Assembly: GCA_040767085.1 (NCBI GenBank) | Contig: JAXGPF010000006.1 | Location: 192,001-256,000 of the forward strand | DNA: 64,000 bases | Direction: 5' to 3' | Source of the DNA: Kiritimatiellia bacterium | Lineage (GTDB): Bacteria > Verrucomicrobiota > Kiritimatiellia > JAAZAB01 | In this document: piece after piece, positions 18,524-28,349 of the stretch | How positions within the stretch are numbered: position 1 is the stretch's first letter | Layout: every line of letters starts with the position of its first letter | Notes under the pieces: generated by a model | The model's database searches: none | What the model was told of the DNA's origin: nothing | What the model saw: only the letters and a program-made list of their open reading frames with translations | Translations under genes and position numbers: made by a program

Positions 18524-19564
18524 TTACCAGCAGATGGCCAGCGGGCGCGGCAACTTGACACATTGGCCATTGGGCGTCAGCTTGCCGGTATGCCGGTCGT
18601 AATCGAAGAAAACCACATTGCCGGAAAACTCGTTGGCGGCGGCGAATTTTTTCATCCCGGGCAGAAAATTGATGTCGCGCGGGCTGCTGCCGCCGGAAAG
18701 CGCCAAGTCGTATAACTCCAACGCGCCGCCAGCCCGGCCCACCCGGTAACAGGCGATGGAATCGAAGCCGCGGTTGGACGCAAACAAGTATTGCTCATCT
18801 TCCGCAAGCCGGATGGCCGACGCCTTGGTCGGGCATGTCAGATGCGGGGGAATGGAAGCCGCGCACTGGAGCAAATCGAACCGGCCGGCCGCATAGGCCA
18901 ACGCCACAACGCTGTTGCCCAGTTCATTGACCAGATAAGCGCGGTCGCCGGCCTGGTTGAAAACCAGGTGCCGCGGACCCGAGCCGGGCGGCGTCACCTT
19001 GAAAACACTGGGATGCGCGGCATCCAGCCCGCGCGCCGGATCGAACGGATAGAGCATGACGGCATCAAGCCCCAGGTCCACAACGCAGAGGTAACGGCCG
19101 TCGGGGGTGAACGAGGTAAAGTGGGGATGCGGCGCAGCCTGGCGTTCGGGATGGACCCCCCTGCCCGTATGCCGGATAACTTTCAATCGTTCCGCTATGC
19201 CGCCGTCTTCCGCCAGCGCGAATTCGGCCACGGAACTCGAGTGGTAATTCGCGCAATACAAAAATCCGCCGGCCGCATCGGCGGCGAGGTGGCAGGCGCC
19301 GGGGCCGTCCGCCGCCGCCTGATTGAGGAACGCGAGCGAGCCGTCCGGCTCAACCCTGAACGCGGCGCACCCGCCGACGCCTTCGGCCACGGCGCAGGTG
19401 GCGTACAGACGTTGGCGATTGCGCGCAAAGGCCAGGTAGCCGGCGTTGGGCAGCGGAGTGAAGCCCCGCTGCTCCGGCACGCCATGGGCGTCCAGCGCCA
19501 GGCGATAAATGCCGCCGTCCGGATTGGACGACATGGCTGCGACATAGAAATCTCCGTGGTTCAT
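18524..19564 (-). CDS. Lactonase, 7-bladed beta-propeller (6-phosphogluconolactonase family)
   Basis: ANYHS, RQAAPHPH, DLGLD, GSGPRH, SNRG and PRD motifs. Start uncertain (19564, 19573 or 19615). Confidence 0.88.
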   Translation of the reverse strand: MNHGDFYVAAMSSNPDGGIYRLALDAHGVPEQRGFTPLPNAGYLAFARNRQRLYATCAVAEGVGGCAAFRVEPDGSLAFLNQAAADGPGACHLAADAAGGFLYCANYHSSSVAEFALAEDGGIAERLKVIRHTGRGVHPERQAAPHPHFTSFTPDGRYLCVVDLGLDAVMLYPFDPARGLDAAHPSVFKVTPPGSGPRHLVFNQAGDRAYLVNELGNSVVALAYAAGRFDLLQCAASIPPHLTCPTKASAIRLAEDEQYLFASNRGFDSIACYRVGRAGGALELYDLALSGGSSPRDINFLPGMKKFAAANEFSGNVVFFDYDRHTGKLTPNGQCVKLPRPLAICW

Positions 19565-19649
19565 GCCGCGCATCGTACACGGATATTGCCGGCAAATCAA
19601 CTCTACTTTCGGCATGCGGGCATGCAGGATGATGGATACGCCGGCAAAG

Positions 19650-20855
19650 TTAAAGTCGCCGGCGCCGGCATTGCCGGAGGCCGGCGGCCAGGATGGCCAG
19701 TCCGGCCAGGGCTGCCGCCAGCCGTACCTGCCTTTCGCTCACCGCGGTCACCAGGTGCCTGCTGACCGGACTGGTATAGGCGGCGGCCTGATCGGCCAGG
19801 CATTGCGCCCGCTCGCGCTCGCCGGCATCCCATACCGCGCCGGCGGCGCGCAAGGTATTGGAAAAACCGGTCTCCAGGATGCGGTTTTCATGCCATGCGA
19901 CCGTCAGCGCCTCGCGCGCGCGTTGCGGCTGCCGGCGGGACTCCCGGAGGTAACGGTCGCGCCGGAAAAGGCGCACGCGCATTTCATGGATAAAAGGCCA
20001 GGCCCAGCCCGGATGGCGCGCGAGGAATTCCTCGTAATCGCGCGAACTTTGAAACGGCTTGATCAACGCGGCATGGGCGGCGGTATCGGCGGCGTCCGCC
20101 CGCGCCAGTTCCGCCCGGGTCAGGCGCGACGGGAAACGCGCTCCTTCCGGCGTCCGATGCATGTAACCGTATTCAATCATCACATCCGACACGGCCCGGA
20201 TGGGCGGCAGCCAGGCTCCCAGCCGCGCCTGGCGCGCCGGCGTGTTCAACAGGCAGAAAGACAGCGCGGCCCAGGCCAGGGTCAGCGCGGCGGAAAACCG
20301 GCGCCAGGAACGCGCATCCGCGGGCGCGGCGGCCGGAGGCCAACGCAGCCCCCAGCGCATGACCGCCAGCATCAGCAGGGCGCCGGCCAGGTTGATGGCC
20401 AAATCGCGGAAATCGAAAAAGCGCCGGGGCGTGTACCACTGGATGATCTCATCCATAATGCCGAAAAAAACCGCGAGCGCGGCGGCCGTCGGCCAGAGCA
20501 GGCGGTCGCGGCCGGCATGCCGCAGCGCGCGCACCGCCAGGACGGCCAGGAGTCCGTATTCCGCCAGGTGCAGCGCCTCTTCCGGCCGGGCGCGCAAATG
20601 CCAGACCGCCGCGCCATACGCCAGCGCCGCCCCCGCGAGGACGGCTTGCCGGCGCCGGCCGGCGCGGCGCAGTCCGGCCAGCAGCAGGGCGGCCAATCCG
20701 GCCGCAGCCACCGCCAGTACCGCCCCGCGCAGGCAATCATCGCCGAGCGCATCCTGCGCGAACTGCTGGATGGGGCGCGCGAAAGGTATCGCGGCGTAAA
20801 CAACGCCCACCCAGGCCGCGGCGGCGGCCAAATCCATGACTACCATACAGCGCAT
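19650..20855 (-). CDS. VanZ-like membrane protein with a C-terminal extracytoplasmic region
   Basis: HLAEYGLL...DEIIQWYTPRRFFDFRDLAIN VanZ signature; AAGGA upstream of ATG 20855. Confidence 0.75.
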   Translation of the reverse strand: MRCMVVMDLAAAAAWVGVVYAAIPFARPIQQFAQDALGDDCLRGAVLAVAAAGLAALLLAGLRRAGRRRQAVLAGAALAYGAAVWHLRARPEEALHLAEYGLLAVLAVRALRHAGRDRLLWPTAAALAVFFGIMDEIIQWYTPRRFFDFRDLAINLAGALLMLAVMRWGLRWPPAAAPADARSWRRFSAALTLAWAALSFCLLNTPARQARLGAWLPPIRAVSDVMIEYGYMHRTPEGARFPSRLTRAELARADAADTAAHAALIKPFQSSRDYEEFLARHPGWAWPFIHEMRVRLFRRDRYLRESRRQPQRAREALTVAWHENRILETGFSNTLRAAGAVWDAGERERAQCLADQAAAYTSPVSRHLVTAVSERQVRLAAALAGLAILAAGLRQCRRRRL

Positions 20856-21016
20856 GCGCTTCCTTTCCGCCGGTATACCGGCGGCCAATGCCGCCGTTTG
20901 CCGCCAGTATAAAACCCGCCCGGCCAGGGATACAACCCGAATATTGCATTTATTCTTGATCTTTTGCTGTACTCAGGCGTAAGATACACGCGAACTTATT
21001 GGCCTGTCACGCCCGC

Positions 21017-22474
21017 ATGAGCGATCATAACAATATCCTGCAGGATTTGGATTTTGTCCCCGAATGGGCGCGCCAGCCCGCTGGCGGCGCCGTGCAAATC
21101 AACATCGCGCGCGGCGGCGGGCCCCGTCCCGAGCGTCGGTTTGAACCGCGCGAAGGCGGCTATCCGGCGCGGCGCCCCGGACGGCCTGACGGCGCGCGCA
21201 GCCGGCCTCACAACCCCGCCCATGCCGATGCGCCGCGGCGGCGGATGCCGCGCCGGGATAACGCGCCCGCGGAGGATGACCGGCCTGCCGCCGGGTACCG
21301 CATCAATTTCATTCCCGAGCGCCGCGGACTCAAGCCGCTGGTCACCCAGTTGGCCCGCACCCGGCGGGCCTGGCCGCTGAACGACGTGGCCAAGATGTTT
21401 CTCAGCAAGCCGGTTTTTTACGCCGTCAAGCTTGAAACCGCGCCGCTGCTGCCGGGCGCGGAAGCGGCGGACGGCGCAAACCAGCCGGCTTTATTTCAAT
21501 GCACCGAATGCCTGCAGCTATTCCAGACGCGCGACGCTGCCGTGAACCATGCCATGCGCGCGCATTTCAGCCAGTTTTTCGACCTGGAAGAACAGCCGGG
21601 CGAGCCGCCGAAGGGCAATTTTTCCATCGTCGCGCGCTGCGGATTAAGCGGGATCCTGCTGGGCCCTCCGAATTACCATCTTTACAACGATAAAATCCAG
21701 GAAGTGCACCGGCAGCGTTTCCCGGACATGCCGATGGAAAATTACCGGCGGCACATTGTCAACGACACCGATCCCGCCCGGCTGGAGCAGTGGAAGCAGG
21801 AAGTGGCCCGCCAGACCATCTACCGCACCAAGCGCGAAGCGGAACCGCAGACCTTCAAGCGCCTGGCGGAAGCGGAGGATTTCTTCCGCGCCGCCTACGT
21901 GCCGCAACTGGTGCGGGAAGGCCAGCGCTTCATCATCCCCGGCGCGGTTGTGCCGGACTTGGAAGATCAGGCGCTGCAGCGCGCCATCCGGCAAATCTGG
22001 CTCCGGGAAAACCGGTCGCCCCTGCGCATCACCCTGGCGGTACGCCCGGCTTTTAAACAACTGGGATTGCATATTTTCCGCGCCCCGGATAAAACGGTTT
22101 ACATAACCTCCATCTCCCCGCGCCCGTTGGGCGAATCGCAAACGACGGCGGAAATTGCATTTATCCTGAAATTCGTGGCAGACCATCCATACTGCACCAC
22201 GGCGGAACTAACGGGAGCCTGGTTGCAGACCGGAAAACCCGCAGCGGAATCGTCCCCGTCCAACGCCGCCGCCGAGGGCAGCGGCGCGCCGCCGTCCGCC
22301 ATTACCCTGCCGCTGCACTGGCTGACCGACAAGGGGCATATCATCGAGTTTTTTAACGGCAAACTGCTTGTGCCTGGCGCGGAAGACCAGGCCCACGGCA
22401 CACCGCCGGACGAAGCTTCAGACGTTGCGGCCGGTCCGGCCGCCCAGGACCAGCCGCCGGGCGCCGGCAGTTAG
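21017..22474 (+). CDS. Hypothetical protein with an Arg/Gly-rich N-terminus and a C2H2-like motif
   Basis: Long ORF with host-like codon usage; LDFVPEWA start, CTEC-x12-HAMRAH and CGLSGILLGPPNYH segments. Confidence 0.75.
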   Translation: MSDHNNILQDLDFVPEWARQPAGGAVQINIARGGGPRPERRFEPREGGYPARRPGRPDGARSRPHNPAHADAPRRRMPRRDNAPAEDDRPAAGYRINFIPERRGLKPLVTQLARTRRAWPLNDVAKMFLSKPVFYAVKLETAPLLPGAEAADGANQPALFQCTECLQLFQTRDAAVNHAMRAHFSQFFDLEEQPGEPPKGNFSIVARCGLSGILLGPPNYHLYNDKIQEVHRQRFPDMPMENYRRHIVNDTDPARLEQWKQEVARQTIYRTKREAEPQTFKRLAEAEDFFRAAYVPQLVREGQRFIIPGAVVPDLEDQALQRAIRQIWLRENRSPLRITLAVRPAFKQLGLHIFRAPDKTVYITSISPRPLGESQTTAEIAFILKFVADHPYCTTAELTGAWLQTGKPAAESSPSNAAAEGSGAPPSAITLPLHWLTDKGHIIEFFNGKLLVPGAEDQAHGTPPDEASDVAAGPAAQDQPPGAGS

Positions 22475-22631
22475 ACGGCTCCGGCTGGCTCTCCTCCCGT
22501 GTGCCGGGGTGGAAGCGATGTTTAGTGAAACGCTATCCTTAATGCGCGCAAGATTCCGGGCGGAACGCCGGCGCGCGCCAATCGCACCCGATAATTTTGA
22601 AGACGGCCCTGAGCGGCCGCATGGAATGTAT

Positions 22632-23273
22632 ATGGCCGATATCCTGCTGGTTTGTCCGCATTGTGCTAAGACCACTGCCGTCTCGGAATACGCGGCGGGG
22701 CCGACCATCCCCTGTCCTGGCTGCGGCGCGGCCATCCCGCTGCCGGAAAACCAAAAACGCTCGCGCTTGACGCTTCGCAAAATCGACCCGGCCGCCGCTA
22801 CAGTTCCGCACGTCCCGCCCACGCGCCCCGGCGGCCCCAGTGTGGAAGACCGCAAACACTCCGCCTTTTTAAAACGCGACCTCCGGCGGGTACAGCGCGA
22901 CAAATGGTTCCATCGTCTCAGTTGGCTGGTGTTTCTGGCGCTGGCAGCGGTGTTATTTTACCTGCGCTTCCAGGGCGGCTATGCCCGCTGGACGACGCTG
23001 GATGAATTCAAATTTTACGGCCTGCTATCCATTGGCGCCTTATACCTGATCATCATAATCTGCGCCTTGAAGGACAACATGTTTGACGGACTGCTGTCGC
23101 TGGCCGTGCCGCTATATCCCTTTTATTATATTTTCGCGGTTTCCGGCGCCGTTTTCCTGCGCGCTGTGACCGCTGCGCTGCTGCTGGTGTTCGGCAAGGA
23201 TTTGCTCGGCCGTCTGCAGACTTGGGTGACGATGCTGTTCGACATAATTAACAACTGGATCCGCAGCGCATGA
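22632..23273 (+). CDS. Hypothetical membrane protein with an N-terminal zinc ribbon
   Basis: CPHC...CPGC pair followed by several hydrophobic helices; stop overlaps the alr start (ATGA). Confidence 0.7.
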   Translation: MADILLVCPHCAKTTAVSEYAAGPTIPCPGCGAAIPLPENQKRSRLTLRKIDPAAATVPHVPPTRPGGPSVEDRKHSAFLKRDLRRVQRDKWFHRLSWLVFLALAAVLFYLRFQGGYARWTTLDEFKFYGLLSIGALYLIIIICALKDNMFDGLLSLAVPLYPFYYIFAVSGAVFLRAVTAALLLVFGKDLLGRLQTWVTMLFDIINNWIRSA

Positions 23274-24403
23274 ACCACCTGATCCGCGCCGCCATCAGCC
23301 GCGCCGCCCTGCGCCATAACCTGCGCTTGTTGCGCCGTTTAAGCCGGCCGGCGCAGGTCTGCGCCATGATCAAAGCCAACGCCTATGGCCATGACGCCCG
23401 GCTGGTCGCCCGCGCCCTGGCCGGCCTGCCGGACGCCTGGGGTGTCGCCACCCTCGGCGAGGCCGTGGCCCTGCGGGAACACGGCTTGCGCGAGCCGATC
23501 CTGGTTTTTTGTCCATTCGAGGACTATTTCCCCGACACGCGCGCGCGCCGGGAAGCGCTGGACGCCATCCTGGAACACCGCCTGCAGCCCGTGGTCGCCG
23601 GCGCGTCCGGCCTGGCATTGCTGGCACGCCATGCGCAACGGCGCCGGCGCGAACTGGAACTGCATCTCAAGGTGGATACCGGCATGGGCCGCAGCGGCTG
23701 CCTCCCCGGGGAACTCCTGCCGCTCCTGCGCCAGGCGGCCGGCGTCCCCGGCCTGCGCACCGCCGGTTTCTGCAGCCATTTCGCCTCCGCCGATGCGGCC
23801 GACCTGGCCGGCGCACGGCAACAGTTGCGCTTGTTCGCCCAATTGGCCGGCGCCGCCGCCGGCGCCGGCCTGCGCCCGCCGCTCCTGCATCTGGCCAACA
23901 GCGCCGCGATTTTCAACCTGCCGGCCGCGCGCTGGGACATGGTGCGCCCCGGCATTGCCCTTTACGGCTATGCCGGCCCGCACCTGCGCGGCGCCGCCGC
24001 CTTGCGGCCGGTGCTGGAAGTGGACGCGCCGGTGGTAATGACCAAGCGCCTCTCCCGCGGTCAATCCTGCGGCTACGGCGCCACCTTCGTCACCCGCCGC
24101 CCAACGCGCATCGGCCTGGTCTATGCCGGCTATGCCGACGGATATGACCGGCGTCTGTCTAATACCGGCGTGGTGGACTTTGACGGCCGCCGCGCCCCGG
24201 TGGTGGGCCGCGTCAGCATGGATGCCATCATCGTGGATATCACCGATATCCCCGGCGTGGAAGTCGGCAGCCGCGCGCGTCTGGTCAGCCCGCGGCGCGC
24301 CGATCCGCACTCCGTGGAAGCGCTGGCGCGTCAACTTGGCACCATTCCCCATGAAATCACCTGCCGCCTGGGACCGCGCGTCCAGCATTGTCTAGTCGCT
24401 TGA
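23270..24403 (+). CDS. alr: Alanine racemase
   Basis: AMIKANAYGH (PLP lysine), HLKVDTGMGRSG, SHFASAD, VRPGIALYG, GYADG and GRVSMD motifs. Confidence 0.96.
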   Translation: MNHLIRAAISRAALRHNLRLLRRLSRPAQVCAMIKANAYGHDARLVARALAGLPDAWGVATLGEAVALREHGLREPILVFCPFEDYFPDTRARREALDAILEHRLQPVVAGASGLALLARHAQRRRRELELHLKVDTGMGRSGCLPGELLPLLRQAAGVPGLRTAGFCSHFASADAADLAGARQQLRLFAQLAGAAAGAGLRPPLLHLANSAAIFNLPAARWDMVRPGIALYGYAGPHLRGAAALRPVLEVDAPVVMTKRLSRGQSCGYGATFVTRRPTRIGLVYAGYADGYDRRLSNTGVVDFDGRRAPVVGRVSMDAIIVDITDIPGVEVGSRARLVSPRRADPHSVEALARQLGTIPHEITCRLGPRVQHCLVA

Positions 24404-24458
24404 CTGTTCGCCGGTTTTCGCGTATCTTGATAAACATCTCTTGCAAGGAGGCTTCACC

Positions 24459-24962
24459 GTGGCATTTCTAATTGGCATGTCCGAAGGTTTGCGCGGACAA
24501 AAATTCGAAATCAAAACCGACCGCACCACCATCGGCCGCAGTCCAGCCAATGATATCGTTGTCAACGACGGCGCCGCCTCGGCCCAGCATTGCTACATTT
24601 CCCGCCGCGGCGACCGTTATGTGTTGCACGACATGAATTCCACGAACGGCACCTGCCTGAACTTCGACCGGATCAAGGAAGCCGAATTGCAGCCCAAGCA
24701 GGTGATTCAGATCGGATCTTCCGAATTGATGTTCGATGACGATGCCCCGCCCCAAACCCCCTTGACCGCCACCACGCTGGCCAATGCCGATGTCGTCGCC
24801 GATGTGGCGCCGCCCGACCTCAAACCCAAGTCTTTTTCCAGCGTTTCACCCTTCGGCGCCCGCCGGCGCGACAACAAGAACATCTGGATGGCGATCATCG
24901 CCATTGTGGGCATTCTGGCCCTGGCGGGCGTGGCTTATTTTGTCACCCAGATTTTGAAATAA
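24459..24962 (+). CDS. FHA-domain protein with a C-terminal TM anchor
   Basis: Canonical FHA residues in IGRS, SAQH and STNGT; AGGAGG upstream of GTG 24459; hydrophobic C-terminus. Confidence 0.88.
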   Translation: MAFLIGMSEGLRGQKFEIKTDRTTIGRSPANDIVVNDGAASAQHCYISRRGDRYVLHDMNSTNGTCLNFDRIKEAELQPKQVIQIGSSELMFDDDAPPQTPLTATTLANADVVADVAPPDLKPKSFSSVSPFGARRRDNKNIWMAIIAIVGILALAGVAYFVTQILK

Positions 24963-25017
24963 TTTTTGGGTTACCGCTCAAATTTTCCGCCGCGCATCCG
25001 GGGGGAAGGATTCCACC

Positions 25018-25692
25018 ATGCCGCCGCCATGCCTGCATTCCCGCGCGCGCCGCCAGGGCGCAACTCTGTTGGAGTTATTGGCGGCCACGGCCATTGCCGC
25101 CTTGATTTTTTCCGTTTTATTCGCCGTCTACTTCGCCGTCATCCAGACCATCGGCCGCCAGTCCGGCGGCCGCGGCGCGGCGGCGGCCGCTGACGCGCTC
25201 GATGTCCTGGCGCGCGACTTCATGTGCGCCATGATCCCGGCCAACCTGACCAACCCGCCGCTGGAATTGACCGGGGCCACCAACGATCTCCCGGGCATGC
25301 TCTGCCGTTTTTATACCGCGGAAGCGTGGTCGCCGGATCTCGAGCCCCGGCATTACGCCGCGCGCGCGGTGCAGGTGCAATTGCTGCCCGGCCCGGCGGC
25401 CGGCGCCTATATCCTGGAACGGCTCAGCCGGCCCCTGCCCGGCGCCGCCGGCAGCACCAGCACCGTCCGCGAGACCTGGGCTCCCCTTTACGCCCTGGCC
25501 ATGGCCGCCTATGACGGCGAAAGCTGGAGCAACCGCTGGTCCGGCGGCGATTTGCCCCGGGCCATCCGCCTGAGCCTGCAATACGGCGCCGCGCCGGACC
25601 AGGCATACGCCATGGAGATACCCATCCCCGCCGGCATTCCTTTCGGCCCCACCAACCCCTCCGCGCTGGGCGCCGCGATCAAGCGAAACTGA
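25018..25692 (+). CDS. Prepilin-type (GspJ-like pseudopilin) protein
   Basis: Basic leader, then the QG|ATLLELLAA class III signal and a hydrophobic helix; C-terminal YDGESWSNRW...LPRAIRL, typical of GspJ. Confidence 0.75.
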   Translation: MPPPCLHSRARRQGATLLELLAATAIAALIFSVLFAVYFAVIQTIGRQSGGRGAAAAADALDVLARDFMCAMIPANLTNPPLELTGATNDLPGMLCRFYTAEAWSPDLEPRHYAARAVQVQLLPGPAAGAYILERLSRPLPGAAGSTSTVRETWAPLYALAMAAYDGESWSNRWSGGDLPRAIRLSLQYGAAPDQAYAMEIPIPAGIPFGPTNPSALGAAIKRN

Positions 25693-25752
25693 CATGCAAC
25701 AAGTTCTGCAATCTGCTCAATGATTACGCGGGCCGGCGGCACAAGCGCTGGA

Positions 25753-26022
25753 TTAATGCTCGAAGACCAGGCACTTGGCTTCCACGCCCGCGATCCCGTT
25801 CAAGGCGGCAACGATCTGGTTGCACCGGCTTTTCGCCCCAACCAATTCCAGAATGATCATGCCGTTGGGTGAAGCGGCGCGGCCGTTCGCTTCGTGCAAG
25901 CCGATGCGGGTCTTGATGTTCGCCCCGTAACTCGTCAGCTTTTTCTGGACCAGCCCGGCCTGTTTGACGCGGTCGGTGACGTGGATGGCGGCGACAATAT
26001 GGTCTTGACGTTTCTTCTGCAT
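25753..26022 (-). CDS. Small ACT/NikR-C-like protein (similar to the TM1266-type putative regulators)
   Basis: 89 aa; IHVTDR...VQKKLTSYGANIKTRIGLHE...GMIILEL; GGAGGTG upstream of ATG 26022. Confidence 0.65.
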   Translation of the reverse strand: MQKKRQDHIVAAIHVTDRVKQAGLVQKKLTSYGANIKTRIGLHEANGRAASPNGMIILELVGAKSRCNQIVAALNGIAGVEAKCLVFEH

Positions 26023-26305
26023 GCCAACACCTCCGTTGATTTTCAATCCCTGGTTTGTATCTTCCGCCAATGTAGAATTTCCATGCTGATTGTCAACAAT
26101 TTATTTCATTGCACATTCCCTCGGGATATTGCATATTGAGGACGGTTTATAGACGGCGACCGGCGAGCAGCCATCGGATCCAGCCCTTCGCGGTTCGCCG
26201 ATAGGCGTCCGTGCTTCGCCGGCAACTATGCGCTGGCCGCTGATATTTTTCGCTTCTCCGCGCGTTCTCCGGATTTCCGCCGGCATTCACCAACATCGGC
26301 GTTTC

Positions 26306-28303
26306 ATGCACTTCATCAAATCGATGCGCAATTTCCTGCTGCTCCTGCTGGGCCTGGCGGCGGTTTACGCCCTGGGCCTGGGCGTCCGGCGGGCGGTGCT
26401 GGAGGCGCAATTCGCCAAGTTCGGCGCGGACCTGCCGTTTACACTGGAAAGCGCGCTGGAATTCCGGTACGTGCGCATGTTGCACAATGGCGAGGCCCTG
26501 CCGCGGATTGACCGCAAGGTTCAGGCGCCCGAGGGCGTTAATGTGCGCGCCACCTATACGATCGCCGCCGAGCACGTTTACGCGGCTTTGGCGCACTGCC
26601 TGCCCGCGCGGCTTTCGCTGACTGACCGGGTGCGTTGGATTGCCATTGGCTGGTTCTGCCTGGGCATCCCCTTTTTATGCCTGTGGCTCTGGTGGTGGCG
26701 GCGGTCGGCCTGGGTGGCGGCCCTCGGCGGCGCCTATTACGCCGTCGGACTGGCAGCGGTCATGCGCTCCACGGGCCAGGAACTATCCCACGAGAATTTC
26801 GCGCTGCCGCTGCTCCTGGCCCACCTGGCGGCCGCCGCCCTGGCGGAGCGCCTGGCAGCGCCCCTGGCCCGCCGGACGGCGGCGGCCGGATCGGCCCTGT
26901 TGCTGGCCGCGGCCTTGTGCAGTTGGGATTTGATTCAGTTTTATTTCATCCTCTGGGCAGCGGCGCATTTCTGCCGGATGGCCGGCGGACGCTTCTTTGG
27001 CAACCGGCACCGGGCGGAGCAATGGGGAATGATTGTCCTGGCCCTGTGCCTGGCGGGCATCGCCAATCCCTACCTGCGCGCACACGCGTTCTGGCGGACG
27101 CCGGCCATGCTGCTGGCGGCCGGGATGCTGCCCGGCGTCTGGGCGCAGGCCCGCGGCCGCTGGCCGGCGCGGCGCGCCCGCGCCTGGGCGCTCCGTCTGC
27201 TGCCGCTGCTGCTGGCGGGCACAGGGCTGGCCCTGGCCGCGGCAGAGAGCGGGACCTACGCCCATTTCGGGGAATTGCTCTGGGCCAAGCTGCGCTTCCT
27301 CAACCAGAAGCCGGCGGACCCGGCCCTTTTGACTTTCGCCCAGCGCATTCTCTGGGTGCCGGCATTGAATTCCGTAAATTGGGGCTTGACAAAAATTTTA
27401 TTTCCTGCAATCATTCCGTTGTTTTTTGGGGCCATGGTATTGTTTGCCTTTACCGCCCGACCCCGACCCGATCCTGAAATAGTTCATTTGCTTTTTTATT
27501 GCATCGCCGCCGCCGCCGCCTTCTGGCTGTTCATGCGTTTCCACGTTTTTCTGGCGTTGTTTGCCGCCGCCTTGCTGGGCTGTCTGGGCGGCTGGTGCGC
27601 CAGGCGGACTGGCTGGCTGCGGGCAGCGCTGTTGGCCCTGCTGGCTGCGAGCATTACCGCGGAAGCGGCACAGACGCTCGGGGGGGCCAAATACTGGGGC
27701 GCGGCGCCGGCATATCTGCAACAGCAGCGGGAGTTGACCCGTTGGATGCGGGAAAATATCACGGAAGAAACGGTCTTGGCTAATTTCGGTTTGAGCGCCT
27801 GGCTGCTGGCGTACGGCGATTTCCCGGTGGCGCTGCACCCTAAATTCGAAAACGCCGTTATCCGCCGGCGGGTACAGCGCTATGGCGAATTGCTTTTCAA
27901 GGGCCGCGAGCGGGATTTGCGGGATTGGGCCGACCGCCTGGGCGTCCAGTATTATGTGTACGCGCTCGGGGAATTTTCAGACCGGCAGCCGGATTGCCAG
28001 ATGCGTTACTTTGTCAATGCCTTGACCCCGCCGGACGACGCGCCGGCGCGCATGTTTGAATACAACCATTTGGAAGGGCGATATTTCAAGTTTTTATGGG
28101 GCAACTCCAAATACCGGGTCTTCCGCATGATCACCAGCACGGCGCAAAAGCAGGCGGATGAACTGGCCGGGCAGGCCCTGAACCATTTGACGCAAGGCGA
28201 CATGGCGGCAGCGGAAACGCTGGCGCAGAATGCCCTGTTGCGCGACCCGCACCATACGAATGCGGCGCAGGTCCTCCTGCATTTGAATGCCCTGCGGAAT
28301 TGA
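26306..28303 (+). CDS. GT-C fold membrane glycosyltransferase with DPY19-like motifs
   Basis: Multi-TM protein with FTLESALEFRY, LSHENFALP, YAHFGELLWAKL and PVALHPKFENAVIRRR motifs and a TPR-like C-terminus. Start 26306 or 26324. Confidence 0.72.
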   Translation: MHFIKSMRNFLLLLLGLAAVYALGLGVRRAVLEAQFAKFGADLPFTLESALEFRYVRMLHNGEALPRIDRKVQAPEGVNVRATYTIAAEHVYAALAHCLPARLSLTDRVRWIAIGWFCLGIPFLCLWLWWWRRSAWVAALGGAYYAVGLAAVMRSTGQELSHENFALPLLLAHLAAAALAERLAAPLARRTAAAGSALLLAAALCSWDLIQFYFILWAAAHFCRMAGGRFFGNRHRAEQWGMIVLALCLAGIANPYLRAHAFWRTPAMLLAAGMLPGVWAQARGRWPARRARAWALRLLPLLLAGTGLALAAAESGTYAHFGELLWAKLRFLNQKPADPALLTFAQRILWVPALNSVNWGLTKILFPAIIPLFFGAMVLFAFTARPRPDPEIVHLLFYCIAAAAAFWLFMRFHVFLALFAAALLGCLGGWCARRTGWLRAALLALLAASITAEAAQTLGGAKYWGAAPAYLQQQRELTRWMRENITEETVLANFGLSAWLLAYGDFPVALHPKFENAVIRRRVQRYGELLFKGRERDLRDWADRLGVQYYVYALGEFSDRQPDCQMRYFVNALTPPDDAPARMFEYNHLEGRYFKFLWGNSKYRVFRMITSTAQKQADELAGQALNHLTQGDMAAAETLAQNALLRDPHHTNAAQVLLHLNALRN

Positions 28304-28349
28304 CGCCCCGGCGGCGCGCCTCCCTGCAACCACCGAAATCAATCAAGTC

